NCBI GenBank assembly: GCA_051294905.1 | Contig: CM119371.1 | Coordinates: forward strand, 27,654,001 to 27,714,000 | Direction: 5' to 3' | Length of the DNA stretch: 60,000 nt | Source: Botryllus schlosseri | Lineage: Eukaryota | Part shown: positions 38,966 to 53,270 of the stretch, in pieces | How the letters are laid out: each line of letters starts with the position of its first letter | How positions within the stretch are numbered: position 1 is the first letter of the stretch | Notes under the pieces: model-generated | What the model was told of the DNA's origin: nothing | What the model saw: the letters and a program-made list of their open reading frames with translations, nothing else | The model's database searches: none | Program-made: the position numbers and the translations under genes

Positions 38966-41900
38966 ATGACGAGGATGACTTCCAGATCAGCGCTTACCAT
39001 GCTTGCGCTAGTCATCGCTATCACGGGGTTATTAATCTTTTATGATACGCTGGCTGTGCCGACGAAGTCTAAACCTACTGCCGGACTGCTAGTAAAACCC
39101 GCGCCGGGTACTTTGACGTGGACGCGCCCACAGCGGAACATCCCTCAGTCTGAAAGCGCAAACACGAATGCAGCTTGGAACATCTCATCATCTGCATCAT
39201 TGGGTGTACATTTTGTGAGCAAGCAATGTCGGATTATTCTGAGCGGTAACACACATGATATAGGTGAGTTGCGGAAGTCGGAAGACTTTCCGTGGAGATA
39301 TCTGGAGAATGACACAGACATAGTTGAAATGGCGGCCAATTGTTCCTTGCTGAGAAACAGGTAACGTAAAGATATCCATTCAATTCAATATACGTAAAAA
39401 CAAGTTATAACTTATTTAGTCACACTAGGGAAATAGGATAGGGTTCAACGATATAATATGCTTCGAATATGAGGTTGATTTTGAAATATGACATTTTCAC
39501 CGAGAGCAAGGTTTGCCTACGTCATGATAGTATAGCGGGCCATGACGCTATTTTCGGTTGGCCATAGAACTTGCATGGCACGTTGTAATATCTGGAATCG
39601 TGTTATTATTGACACATTGAGTACGGCGGGGGAAAAGCAAACAAGCTCGACCTTTTGTGGCATTGTTTTCGCTTACAGTTGTGGTAGCCCTGGTTCCGTT
39701 GTCAACCTTGTTAATTATGACCATTGTTGTCATGAACTCCACACGTCACCGACACTTTCATCCTAGTTGAACATAATGTCCAATGGAAGGAATAGACTTT
39801 GTGTTGCAACTGACTTAAGCTGCTCACTCTCGTCCACTACACCGACAATAAAAAGTCTTGGCGACAAAATACAGCAATAACCTCCTCAACAAATCGGAGC
39901 GATTTTTCAATTAAATTTATTGTGTTGTTAAACCTTGGTCGAAAATTTAGCTAACGCTATATTTTTCTATTGTAATAATATGCAATGAGAAAAAAAACCT
40001 CGAATGCCAACAATAACTAACTATACATTGATTGTCGCAGAAGATTGATATAAATAAATTGCGAAAATAATCAGCAAGCTAATCATAAACATAAGTCATT
40101 AGCTTGTTACTCATGAGGAGGCTATGTGATGTCTGCCTCTAGCATATTGGCTGATTCACCGTCCCCATCATTTTATGTAATATTATATATTTATGTGTAA
40201 ATAGCAGCTGTACGTCATTGTTTTGACACGATTAACTCATAGTTCTCGAATCGCACATGCAAAAAATAGACGTTTTTGTATTGTATATCATTTCCGTGGC
40301 ATACCACCAAATACACTTATCGTGTTATCAGTTGTAACTGATAATAGTATTTTAAAACATCGCGATCTGTGTTGTATCTTGTTGTATCATTGCATTCCAA
40401 TAAAAAAACGTGTACTCATCACGACTGATGTGGCGTCTCAAATATTTCAACTCCCACCATATTGTCATCATTTCATGATAGCGGCTGCAAGGAGTAATGT
40501 ATGACACAAAAATCAATCAAGTACTATAGGTATATAGGTGTTATGAGTTTATTCCGGTTCAAAGCCGCTGAAAAAACAACGTCCTGATTAGAGGCGGTCA
40601 AGGATTCGTCGTTGCTACTCAATGTAGTAAGTCTAGTGCAAGTATAACGGCGCGCATTCCTACCTAATTAGAAATATAACTAGCAATTTGTAGCGCATGT
40701 CAAAACTACTTCAAGTGCAAGTACAAAATTAAAGGCTTGGTCGACGGGTCGCATATACTTTTAGCAGATACTTAGTGGCTACATTACAAATTCCAAGGTG
40801 CGTCTTCGCTGCAGCTTAAAATGATTATTGTTACTGCGAATAGTGCAATTTTCGAATATAAATCCAGTTTCCGTGGCACATGGGGTTCTTATGACATTTT
40901 CACTCGTAAACGGGACGCAAACTTATCCCTAACTATTGTTAATTAAAAAAAAATTCAAACCGTAACAAGTAAGTAATGTTGCCTAAAACTACTCAGGTAG
41001 TATTGGAAGTAGTCTAAAAACAAAACTCCTGGAATATCTACTCGTAAACAGGCAAATACGAATTGAGCACTTCGTAAACGTAGAGATGATTCGTTACTGA
41101 CCACCTCTTCGAGAGTAGAAAAGCCGATTATTTATATGCACTGACGCACAATCCGACTGTCACTACTTCAGGTACCGGTTTCCACCGTACTTCGCGGCCA
41201 AAGTATCTGCAGAAGAACTCGCCTTTCCGATAGCGTATTCCGTCCTGGCCCACGAGAATGTCAATCAAATCCTGGTGCTACTCAGCGCCATCTACCGCGA
41301 CCATAACATCCACTGTGTTCATATCGACGCCAAAGCGTCGCAAGAGACTTACAACGCCATGTTACGTGCGAGCGAATGTTTTACGAATATTTTTGTGGCG
41401 AAATCAAGACAAACGGTCGTGTACGCGCATGTTTCGAGACTCTTAGCCGATATCGAATGCATGAAGGAGTTGCTTGAAGTTCCGAAGTCGTCTTGCGACT
41501 GGAAATACCTCATTAATCTATATTCGCAGGTAAGCGGCGGGCAAACGGTTTTACTGGTTGTGTCATTGCTGAAAAACGATATGTAACTTTATAATACGTA
41601 GAACTTTGCGCACAAGACCTTAACAGTTGATAATTGGCAATTTTACACTCCAATTAGTATCAATAATATTAATTTGTCATTTTTTTATTATTATTATTAA
41701 TTTTGAAAAGGGGACATTGTGGCGCTTGTCACCTTATCGGTCTGGTGCGCCAAGACAGAAATGTGGTATTACCTGTCGCAAATCGTGTACCTTAAAGAAA
41801 ATTTGTTCAAATCAAAACATTACTGGCCAGGACGAAGTCGACGAGAGGCGAGAGAAGTTCTGGTCGTACGAATAGGTTATATGTGGTGAACTCAACTTTA

Positions 41901-44900
41901 ATTAATTTGTCATAATCGTCGGCCTAGCTCTATAGCCATGGAATTTAGAATTCAATCGTGAGATGTCATTTCTATCAGTTCTATTAGCGTGAGCTTAATT
42001 TGAACTAAAATGGGGGGAGGCTCCGCGGGAGTTTGTCCATGTTGATCCAAAGGGTTCCGCGAAGACAAGATGGTAGAAAAACATTGACCTAAAGTAATGC
42101 CACCTTATAGCCACGGAATTTCGAATACCAACATGAGATGTCATTTCTATCGGTGAAATCACAGCGTAATTAAAAGGAAGAAAATATGTAAACTGCCCTA
42201 AAGTGCAATATGCTTTACGTATACCTTAGATATCAGCGACACAGGACTGTGAATAAATAGGATTTGAATATAACTGTAAAACTCCCGAGGTGTAACAGCG
42301 GCCTTCTAAAATTTCTTCGATTGTGTAAAATTGGATGTGTATTTCAACGATTTGCACCATATACCGTGGAGTGCACATTGGATAAACGTCATTGTCTGGT
42401 TCCAAATCGTGCTTTCACACCCTCTCGAGTTGATGAAAACGGGACATGGAGATTAAAGATGAATCCCATGGGTGTTGTAGCGAGCTCTGTTCACGTGTAT
42501 CACCTTTTTGGTCTTATTGCGATTAGAAACTTAAACAGAACCAGCTATAATACCCCCGTGAGATATGTATCTGTGAAAATTGGTGTATTTGACTAATTTT
42601 CATTCAATAAAATCGGTGTTAGAGGAAGATTGAGTATTGACAGCGTAGCATACACACACAACACTATGTGTGTTGTTGACACTTTCGATAATATTTTCAG
42701 GACTTTCCATCGAGGACAAATCTGGAAGTCGTGCGACAACTTAAAGAATTTCAGGGCTTCAACAGTATCGGGGGCTACTTGGATATCAGCGACCATATAC
42801 GGCGAAGAACCAAGTATGTGTGGAAGTGAGTTGGAGCAAATAGTTAGTCGCATATTTAGAATTCTGTGAAGTGTTACGTTATATTCTGTAAGGCTGTTGA
42901 AAACGCGGTGACGTGACAACAACTTCATTTTATGATGTTTAGGTTTTGCCTGTTGCACTGCCTATACTCAAGTCTAGTTTTTCTTTCTGACTTCTTCCTC
43001 TTATACGTACCAGATTTTTAGGCGAAACTGCTTACATTTAAGTCTTCGTTTCGTGTGAAGTCGAAAATAGCTTTTGGATATGTTTCCAGTATGTTTCCAA
43101 CGTATTTATCGATACGATAAGTGATATCTTCATAATTGAGCGGAATGGCCCCCGTATAACGGTAGCGGACTCGGAAAAATGCACCACTCTGCATTCATAT
43201 TATGATGCCATTAGTGGGGCGTTTTTTTACCTAAAAACGGAGGATTTTGACCAAAATTATGATAATTTTGACATTTATAAAATTTCATTTTGGCAACATG
43301 TGTCCCTCATGTAAATTAGTTGTTTTCCCACATAATGTTAGAGTTATTGTGCTACTTATCGTTATTTCTGGTTGGAACTGTCGGTCCTTACAAAGTAGTT
43401 GGGCCTAAAAAAAATTTTTTTACTCTAAAAACTGATAAATTATAACATGAAAAAACTTTATTTTACCGAAATCTGGACCTATGAAGGATTCCTATATAGT
43501 AACATCACGGATTATGGTAGAAATAATAAAAATTTGTTGAAGTACAACGAAAGATACTTTCCTACATTCTCGGGTAGAAAGTGTCTGTCCTTTTTACGTA
43601 GCTTGCCAAGAATGAAGAAAAACGTTCAACAGCAGCAGCTTTTGGCTTGCCCCAGAAATTAGTCATTAGCGGCTGCGCTTGCCCGGACCACTATTAATGA
43701 AAGATAAACGTCTTATTCAGGCTACCCAATGCCGCGCCAAAGAAATCCCGGGAAATGCGCCCTATCCGAACTAAGCAAAGACACTCCCCTCCGCCTTCCA
43801 ACATGACTGTGGTGAAGAACCTAGCCTACAACTTTTACACGCGCGGATTTCTCCGTTGGGCTCTGATAGAGAGCGAGGTGGGCCGTGCCTTGCTGGAATG
43901 GAGCGAAGACACTTACAGCCCGGACGAGCACTTCTGGTTGATGATGCACAGGTACCCGAGCGCTCCCGGCGGTTCGCGGCTGGCGAACGGATACCAGCTT
44001 GCGAGGAAAATTGTTTGGGGCTACAGCAAAAATATATCTTGCCACGGTAAGTATAGTGTCACCGACAAGGTAGCGTAATGCTGGAGCACTGGCTTCTTAG
44101 TAGGTCGCGGGTTCTATCCCGGCCGGGCCAGACCAGAGACCCGATAAGTAACACTGGTATCCATGACTTCTCCGCTTGATGTTCATCATTACCGGGATAG
44201 CATGGAGGGTTGGTGCACTACTCAGAAAACCTTACAAGGCTATATCTACACCAGGGGTGTCGAATATACGGCCCGCGGGCTGAATCCGGCCCGCGAAGCA
44301 ATTCCGACTAGATTGAAAAATTCTTATATTTTCCAGCATATTTGTTACTAGGGATGGTGTGAACGCGAGGTTCACGTTCGCGTTCTGTGTGTGAACCTCG
44401 GAAAATTTGAGGTTCGCGTTCACAACAGAACCTTGGTAGGTTCTGCACTGTGAACCTTTTTCATATATTGCAATTTTAACTTCGTTATAACATCTTTGGT
44501 TCAAATTTATTGACTTTCAACTGCAGGCCACGCTATGCATGAAGTTGGCAGCATAAACATTAATCACTAAACGAGCATGCCCTTGACAATCTCAAAAAAT
44601 TTACTTGTATTGTTACAAAAGTTTGCTCGAAATATCCAGCTTTCCGTTTGTGCATATTTAGTGTCTCTGTCCTGTGAGCTTGACCTGCAATCACATGACA
44701 TCAAGAGCGAAATACACTGTATTTTGTCAGCGAATGATCCTTATTCAGCCAATCAATGAGATTGATATCGTCTTCTGATGTAAAAATCTAGCAGGCGTAC
44801 GGGGTCAATCTTGACTACATATGTATACTGTATCATAAAAACCAAATCCGTGCGACTGGGGTGTTGGCTATACTGCTGTATAACTTGTTAATGGGGTAAT

Positions 44901-46779
44901 ATCGGTAGCAAGTATAGAAACCCATTTTACACTCTGCTCAATATCCATGTGGCAATACTCAGACGCCGAATACATAGTCCGATCAGGTCGAAATTGTTGG
45001 CAAAGCGACGCAAGATACTGATTTTATGGGATTATTATAACATTTGATTGCCTCAGTTGATACATTTGGCGACGTTTAAAACGTCAATATGTACTTAAGT
45101 ACTGAGCTATTATGTGGCCCCGAGTCGTCGCTCGGTATCGTGTACAGTAGATTAATATAGGCAATCACCAATTGAAATATGACGTCACGTGACGTCATGA
45201 GGTTCACGTTCGTGTTCACACAGAACCTTTCAAAAAGGTTCACGTTCACACGAACCTGAACCTTTTAAAGGTTCACACCATCCCTAGTTGTTACAACTGT
45301 TAAGATTTTTGCAGGAAATACTTCCATGTTAATAGGCCCCGTTATGACCACTCGACTACGGCGCTTTGGTTTCACTCTAGTTTCTACTGGTAACAAGTCG
45401 GTGAAGTGACAAGCAAGAGCACTACGTAACACTTTGGAATCAGTTGACTATAGTCCTGCTTCGAGCGATTTGAAGGTTTGAATCCGGCCCGCGACGCAAT
45501 TTGAGTTTGACACTCTTGATCCACACCTTCCTTCTCCACGTCCAGCGACATATGCACATCATGCACTAATGGTATGCATATGTACAGATTTTTTGTATGT
45601 ATACCATGATTCGGTGTATGTGCCACAAAAACATCAAGGACAAAAATATACAACGCTCTCCTGCACTGGCAGTTACTATTTGCCCTACGTACTTAGTTGG
45701 TTATGTTTTTAGACTACGTCTACTTCGGCTGGTCAGTAGCGTGATACCTTTCTGAGCATACCAGTACGTTTTTTCGTGCTTGCACCACTTAATCAAGCGA
45801 CAATGTCTTCAGACTACTTTGGCTTCTGCTGGTAGAGTTTTTAGGCAATGCTACTCACTAGTAACAATGTACAGCAGCAAGGAGTCTGGGCATAAGTTCG
45901 CGTTTCGTTTATTAGTGGAATTGTCACGAGAACGGCGTGACATAGTCTTTTAATGACGGTAATTGCATACTGCTGTTTTTCATTACATACCATGTTTTTT
46001 TTTTGTTTGCCATATCCAAATAAAATCGTTTGTATATCTATGTATAAGTGGTTAGGCCATCAATACAAATCTGAATATGATTCCAAATTCCTCGAGGTAC
46101 ACTACTTATTCATATTGAAATGAGCCCGAATATTTTCGGCTGACACCAGTCAGCTTCAATCGTCACCACTAGTAGAGAATTGGAAATAACACAGTATACC
46201 CACAATCGTATCACCAAATATGTAATTTTGGATAATCGCAACGTTTTTTAGGCAGCCAAACTTATTTATGTCTAAAACCGCGAAATTTGGAAACAAGTTG
46301 TTTTCTTGAACAGCACTTACCGACAGTGATATGACAGCTTACACATTTCTTTGACGTCACCAGCGTGACTGAGCGCAGCGAACAGTTCTCCGCTCTCCGC
46401 TCCGGAATCAATTGCTTCACCAATTGCGCTTTATCTTGTCAATTCGCGTTCAATGTTTCATTATCGTATGCCTCACAATTGACGCATATTTGTCATCCGC
46501 GTCCTCACGACCTGCGTGTGATCTACAGGCGAATGGAGACACCAGATATGCGTCATTGGCGCTGAAGACGTGTGGCGGGTTTCGGAAGCCAGAGAACTGT
46601 TCATTAACAAATTCGACATTGCGCTGGACAGCGCGGGGCCTACATGCATGCGCCAGTTACTGGACGAAAGAGCTACAGTCCCGAATAGCGATAGAATTAG
46701 CCGAAATGCTGATAAGATTCCGGCCATTCCACCGAATGTCTTCTTTGAGAAGGAACTCATTAGCGCAGGACCTCCATGA
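38966..46779 (+). CDS. GCNT: Core-2/I-branching beta-1,6-N-acetylglucosaminyltransferase (GT14), copy 2, 5 coding exons, 484 aa
   Basis: Exons 38966-39360, 41172-41529, 42701-42825, 43721-44046 and 46529-46779 (1455 nt, open, same phases as copy 1). Motifs WKYLINLYSQDFPSRTNLEVV, DTYSPDEHFW, CHGEWRHQICVIG and LFINKFD. Confidence 0.93.
43215..43650 (-). mobile_element. 3' fragment of the same hAT family as 28256-29114, antisense in intron 3 of copy 2
   Basis: gtacaacgaaagatactttcctaca..gggtagaaagtgtctgtcc..gtagcttgccaagaatg is the reverse complement of 28725-28798. Confidence 0.8.
44252..45518 (+). mobile_element. hAT/Charlie-like MITE containing a nested element
   Basis: Termini caggggtgtcgaa / tttgacactcttg with TSD atctacac/atccacac. 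Empty site in copy 1 near 29218. Confidence 0.85.
44349..45286. mobile_element. Nested hAT MITE with gttcac/gtgaac subterminal repeats
   Basis: 16-bp TIR tagggatggtgtgaac / gttcacaccatcccta with TSD tttgttac/gttgttac. Confidence 0.88.
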
Positions 46780-47188
46780 TGTATATCATCGAGGAGCATA
46801 TTTATGATTTCGAAATCCGAATCCTGTTCCGGACTGCAGCTCCGACTCTAATTGCGAATCCGGAACCTATCCAAGATTCAGCCGAATATCGCATGGGAAT
46901 TACAAACTATTCGGGATTTAATGCAGCTGTGGTCATGGTCATGAAGTCAGCGCTGCAGCCGCAGTAGTACTTTTGAATACATATTAAAACTACTTCAAGT
47001 GGTGGTAAAAAGCGAACAATTGAAACGTGCTAAAGTAAGTAGTTTGAAAAAGTAGATTTGGTGGTGGTTTCGCACACTTTAGGCTGCTGGTGGGGGGGCC
47101 AAATTGAACTTGCAGGGAGTATATTCGCGACTGATGCAAAGTGACCAATGACGCTACAAATATGTGCAATGTTCGAAAATATATTCAG

Positions 47189-47788
47189 TAGAGTCATTCA
47201 AAAATAACTCTTTTTTCCCGGATTCCAGCCATTCACTGAATAAATTGCCAGGTTACCCTAACAAAGGCTGCACATCAAATTTGGTTCAATTCTAACAACT
47301 GTAAGCCGCCGCAGAGTCAATTAATTTTATTGATTTAATGGAAAAATTTAAATTTTGTTTTTTAATTTTTCTGTCAACCCCATGAAATTGTCAAGTTGTC
47401 TTCAGGGAAGATGTAAAACTAATTTGACTCGATTTCAACTCGTACAAGTGGAGTTATTTGAGTTTTTCGTTGGTAATTCTCGGATTATCCACCGATCAAG
47501 GATAATCCAAGAATTGTCAACGAAAAACTCAAATTACTGCGCTTCTACGAGTTGGAATAGAGTCAAATTTGTTTTGCATCGTTTTTGAAGACAACTCTAC
47601 AATTTCATGGGGTTGACAGAAAAACTTGGTTTTTTCCTCGAATGAATTAAAAATTTTAATTGGCTATGCGGCGGCTTTGACTTGGTAGAATTGAACTAAA
47701 TTGGATGTGCAGCGTTTTGTAGGGTAACCTGACAATTTAATCAGTGAATGGCTGGAATATGGAAAAAAGTTATTTTCGAACAACCCTA
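47189..47788. mobile_element. 600-bp foldback (whole-element palindrome) MITE
   Basis: Arms are complementary to the centre (ggattatcc-accgatcaa-ggataatcc at ~47482-47508). TSD atattcag/atattcgg. Empty site near 31400. Confidence 0.9.
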
Positions 47789-49788
47789 ATATTCGGTCAC
47801 CGTGATATAGAGGCTATTTCCCTTCGTCTTCGAGAGAATTGCACTAAAAACTGTTACAAAGATATTACTAAACCCTTTTCTACAATGCAAAATCCAAAAT
47901 GTGTCAAGTAAGTGATTTTACCTACAACTTGGTAACCGTAAGTAGGAATATAGTCTGAAAGCATACACACTTGAGTAAACATAGTATAAGTAGACCATCC
48001 TACCTATGTAGTATGTTCTCGTAAAAGATGGAGCTACTTCTGTACTGGGTAGGCTTACATGTCCATCGCCGATTCCGTTTTTAAATCCAATCCATCCTCA
48101 ATGCCCGTGTCTGTTGTCTGCACAATATTAGGCGAAGTTTACTGATATATTTCTTAAGTGGGCAGACATCCAGATCCTAATGGCACACTGCTGCAGTTTA
48201 ACAGCACAGTACCATAGGTGTGGTAACTGAGCAATGGTGACTTGTAATTCGAATTCTAGCGCACAATCAGTCATTCGCAGAATATTGTGATGGCGATGAA
48301 AGCAGCGCCTAAATCTCTCGAAACCCCAAAATTATTCGATTGTAAGCTCAGTCCTGAAAGTATGATAAGTTGATAACTATTCCGGGTGCAGTTCGATAAA
48401 TCATGCCTTTTGGTTCGGATACAAACATAAGATGCTTGTTTGTTTGTTTGTTGTAAGTTACAGCCTGTAACACGTCTGGCACCATAGCATATGCGTGCTG
48501 AGCCTGATGACGTAGTGCGAATAAGGGTGATATTATTATTTGATGAAGGGTGATCATCAATTTTGTCTGTAACGTGGTAAAACATCGAGTGATATTCACC
48601 ATTTTCCATTACATCGCTATCATATGATTATCTGAAGAATGTAATAAAAAACTAATTTTCAATTCGTTATTTTTCGTTTTATAATTTTTTCTGTTATTTC
48701 CACACGACTTCAGTTTCAAATGCACGTAGTCTAATTTTATGCATTTGATATGATATATGACAATAAAATGGCGCGAAAGCTTCTTTCCTAGCATGTAAAT
48801 TGCGGAAATATCGCATCGAGGGTCAGACTTCAGACATCTTTTGCAGTAATGGCAGTATAGCCCGCCCCGGCGGTGCACCGAAGTGTAACAGGTCTTGGCG
48901 TGTTGTGGGGCGGAAGTTACGGCCAGCGCCGAAATGTCGGAGTGTGACAGTCCCTCAGCAGGTTTTACACCCCTGCACTGCACACCTAGCGGCCTTAAGG
49001 CACCATTCTCTCATAATTGCGAAAAAGTCTAGACTCATTTTCTGTAACTTATGTTGTATTTATTATTCTAAGCATTGCCTACTGTTATTTAGTAGGAGGA
49101 AACAGCCAAGCCAAATTTAAAGCAAGAATTCTCTTGGAAGGGAATCGCCCGAAGCACATAGAAAATTCTCGAGTTGAGGAAATCCGGATATACTATTCTA
49201 ATTTATGTCAATTTGCAAAATAATGTAGGTAATTAAATAGCCTGTAATTGCACACTGCATCTCGTACCCCCTTATTTGGCGCTTCGTACCTATAAGCGGT
49301 CCGTGGATCCCTGTTTGAGAACCGCAGGTTGAGTCTTCTAGGGCAGTGCACCGTGCAGGGCCGGATTATTAGACAACTGCATTTCAGCGTCAGCCAACTC
49401 CACGCCAGAACACATCAGGAGATATATAGAGCGTTTCGGCGGACATGGGATTTTGCGAAAGCGGTACAACCTTGACAGGAAATGAGCGACACACGTTGGC
49501 CGAAGCCTTCGGTATTGATGTGTCCAGGTGCAAGAATTGCCCGCGCCGATTAGTCCTTCCCTTGCGATATGAGGTACGAATGCAATTTGCAGTTGAAAAT
49601 ATGGTACCCACTGAAAGAATGCCAATTTAGAATCGCGTGCGTCTCACGAAATGAGTTTTTCGTTTGGTTTGGTCTGGATACATGTAACCGATTCCTATGT
49701 TTTCGAGTAGCGAAAAGTGTCTATAGCTTGATCCAGACCCCGGCAGTCAATTTCAGTCGAAAAACCCTATGAATCCCCCAAAACAAAC

Positions 49789-50710
49789 CAGTGCTGGGAT
49801 GACTCGAGTCACCTTTTTCCCTTGACTCTGACTTGACTTGACTCGGCGTATCAGAAATGTGGACCGAATCGTGACTCGGAGCTAAATTTCCGAGTCAATT
49901 GCAAGTCATCAAGTAATCGTGGTCGATAAAATCAATGTATCTTGGATATTATCGGATTGCTCACGAAGCGATGGTGTAATCTGTGAGAGCAACCAAGCAT
50001 ACAATGATTGTGCGTTTTACTGAGCCTACATCACGAATAACTTGACCGCAAACGAAGTAGTCGGAGCTTACAGCATGCTTTGACGTCACTAGTAGTAAAG
50101 TAATCTGATAGCAAAAATTCATCTCTGTTCTATATGCTGCTCATCGTGCTCTGTTCTAACCTTAAACAAACGTCATGTTTGATATAAATAGAATTCGAAT
50201 ATAGTTTATAATACTCGTGAACCATCGGCGCAGGCTTGAATTGTATTTCATGGATGTGTATGTGGGTAGTGCTTTGCATCATATCAATTAGTTTATACTT
50301 TTTAAGGCTTCGTAATCTTTCTATTTGATATCTTGACTGATAATTACTGACTACGGGCTACTACAGCTACTCACGTAGTTGAGCAGTTCTACGTATGTAT
50401 GAGCGATAAAACCCCTTTTGCATGTATAGTTAACTCTATCTTCGTTCCTCGATTCAAAATGAAGGACCACTCAATCTGTATTTGAAACAGCTAACAAAAT
50501 GCAATGACGCAATTATGCCCCGTATTCTGAAAGGGCAACTTAACTGGAATTGTGACTTGACTTGACTCTCGACTCACCTCTAAAATTCGAGTGACTTGAC
50601 TTGACTCGAGTCACCTTCGAAAATCGATTGACTTCACTTGACTCGTTTTAAAATGTGCAATGACTCGAGTTGACTTGTGACTCGACGGTAGTGACTTGAT
50701 CCCAACTATG
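49789..50710 (-). mobile_element. (GACTCGAGTC)/(TTGAC)n hAT MITE, copy C, more diverged
   Basis: cagtgctgggatgactcgagtc ... gtagtgacttgatcccaac, with degenerate TSD aaacaaac/atacacac. Confidence 0.85.
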
Positions 50711-53047
50711 ATACACACTAACCATGTGTTGAGTATACCATTCACTCTAGATATGTCTCTTCAGGCCGAATGCGTCGTGGCCAGGAAAATCTCGTTCCGC
50801 GATATTATCTATGTTCAACACGATGATGAAAATATCAAGTAGGAACCACCATATTCGTCGCAGACATATATTATGTATTAATAAAATCATCATCCATTAT
50901 CCACGTTCCGGGGTAAATTTGTCGGAATTCCGTCAAATCTTATGCATGCAGTAGCATCAACTGTCATTCCTCGTGTAAACTGCCGTTTATTATACAAGAA
51001 TTATTCAAAAATATTCAAATGATTGATACGTACCTGAACTAAATATTTAATATATTTCGCTGTGTCTGGTTATGATATAATGGCAGTTTTAATCCTCGCG
51101 TGTATGACATACGCGAGTAAAACAGAGACATCTCATCTGAAATAGGTTTCTCCGCAGTGTCAAAGTATGAAACCAATTCGTGTCATGTATATAGCATGAC
51201 TCGCGGCCACGCACATTTCTTCATATCTTCAAGAATGCCGTAAGTTCTGGCTTACAGCATGCAGACGTTTCCTGATTCGTGCTGTGACTGCACGTGGTCG
51301 ACATGAACCGCTTCACTCCTTCGTAAGCTATGTATAGGTGTATTATCAAGTGTTGAATGATATACTGTCGCACAACCAGTATTGACTCGATTGCTCTGCG
51401 CATTAGTACCGTTGTTATGAGATTAGTTTACGCTCGATAATTTAGTATCGCCAGATCGCCTCTAAAATTAAGTACAATAGTATTGGTATGGTAGCAGTAT
51501 GTAAGAAATACGCAACATAAGTAGCTTTACCTAGATAACAGGTTATTTGTGGGTATTTGGTCATGAGCTTCTGTATATAATGAGCTTTATTCGTTTCCAG
51601 GCGAGCTCATAATGCCAAGGCTGTCAATGTTATAAAACGGTCTGGCTGTTGGACCCAGGAAATGACAGACTTGTTTTTATTTTATAACCGATTCAGAGTG
51701 ACAAAGTTATCTGGCTGTAGATGAAATATCAGTATTATAAGTGGGTAGCGAAACACTATGCTAAAATATTTGTTTTCTAAATACTTTGTAATGAATTGCA
51801 TTCAACGATCGCTCCGGACATCGATTTCGGTTGTCGAGAAATCCTTTATTCGTGGAGGTAGGCGATATCAAATATCCTTAATGACCGTTAACTGCAGGGA
51901 ATTGCGGTCATATCGACAGAATCTATCTGAATTTTCTGCCTTGAGCAGTTAACGAACCATACATGTCATTACTGTAAAATGTTTATCGATCTGAATGGCG
52001 CGCTGCGGTAGCTTTGGTTTACTGTGCCAATAAAACTGGGGAATTCCCTATTCTGAATGATGAGTTCCTATAGGAATCTATCATGTGATTTAACGGTTGA
52101 GTAGCTTCCAATCCGGGTTAATATTCTACGTTTCAGGTAGAGCTGGGCTAAATCTCGTATCTTAGATACTTGATTCGGAATCGAGTGCTAGGCTTCGAAT
52201 ATAGTCGAATATTCTTGAATCTCTCATAATGACGTCATACCAGTATGAATGATGAGGATAGTTCTAAACCAGTGATTCTTAACCTTTTCCCTGCAGCACC
52301 CCTTTTCGAAAATCGCTTAAGTCCCCCCCCCCCGTGTTTTAAGGACGGGAGTAAAAACAAGGGGTCACAGTTCGAAGTCCGCATGGCCTATTAGGTTTGG
52401 GACTTCACAATTGGAAATACTATAACCGTTGTATGTGCTCGGGATCATATCAAGGTTGTTATAAGAACCATTGGGCACGGGCTCATACTATATCTGGATT
52501 GATCCCGGTGAACACATACCGAATTTCTCTCTGCGACTGGCAATACGGGACGTTGATTGTATTGAGTTCTGTTTTATTGACTTCTGTGACTAGTAAATCA
52601 ACTGAGATAGTGGTAGAGATCTTTTCTCACATTGAGTTTAGTGTTGCAACCATTTAGTAACTTTAGCATGAATGTATTCCAAACAAAGCAACCCTTATAA
52701 CGTTCATGTGCTGTTGCGTGCGACAACACTCGACAGTACCATCATCTATGATACGACGAAATAACATTTTGAAAATTTAATTTTGTAGCTCTCAAATAGA
52801 AATATATTTAGTTTATCATTTTGTCAATAAGCTTCAAAGCGTCTTTAACGTACAAAGGGCGCTCAATCTCAAAAGTGTCTCTTTCTCCGATTGCGACACG
52901 CTGCGGCGCTGCGAGATAAAAATATACCTAGTTCGAAAATTTTTATGGAAAATAACCCCAGCTACCGTGACGGGAGTATTTTAACGGGGAATTGGCGATC
53001 AAAAATATGCGCAATAATTTTACATGAATTATAGTAAACCACATGAT

Positions 53048-53270
53048 GGCGGGGAGATAGCGTAGTGGTGACAGTGAACGCCTACGGCTCAGGCGGCTCG
53101 GGTTCGATTGCCGTGTCGGAGGTTATTCTGGACTCCTCATCCCCGCGCCCAGAAACCCCAGAAAAAGGCCCGATGATAGAGGGCACTCTCAAACAATGGA
53201 AAGAGCCGCGGAATACCGACTACCATCCGAAAAGGAACTGTGACATCGAGCACTAGGCCGAGGTGGACGC
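53048..53270 (+). mobile_element. tRNA-derived SINE
   Basis: A-box-like tagcgtagtgg and B-box-like ggttcgattgc. The body gtgtcggaggtt..ctggactcctcatc matches ~29935. Confidence 0.6.

Larger units (their letters stand above)
38905..48860 (+). repeat. ~10-kb tandem segmental duplication unit, paralogous to ~22930-32500
   Basis: Exons, introns and the 3' flank align by eye (e.g. gatatcgcatcgagggtcagacttcagaca at 32458 vs aatatcgcatcgagggtcagacttcagaca at 48808). The copies differ in TE insertions. Confidence 0.9.
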
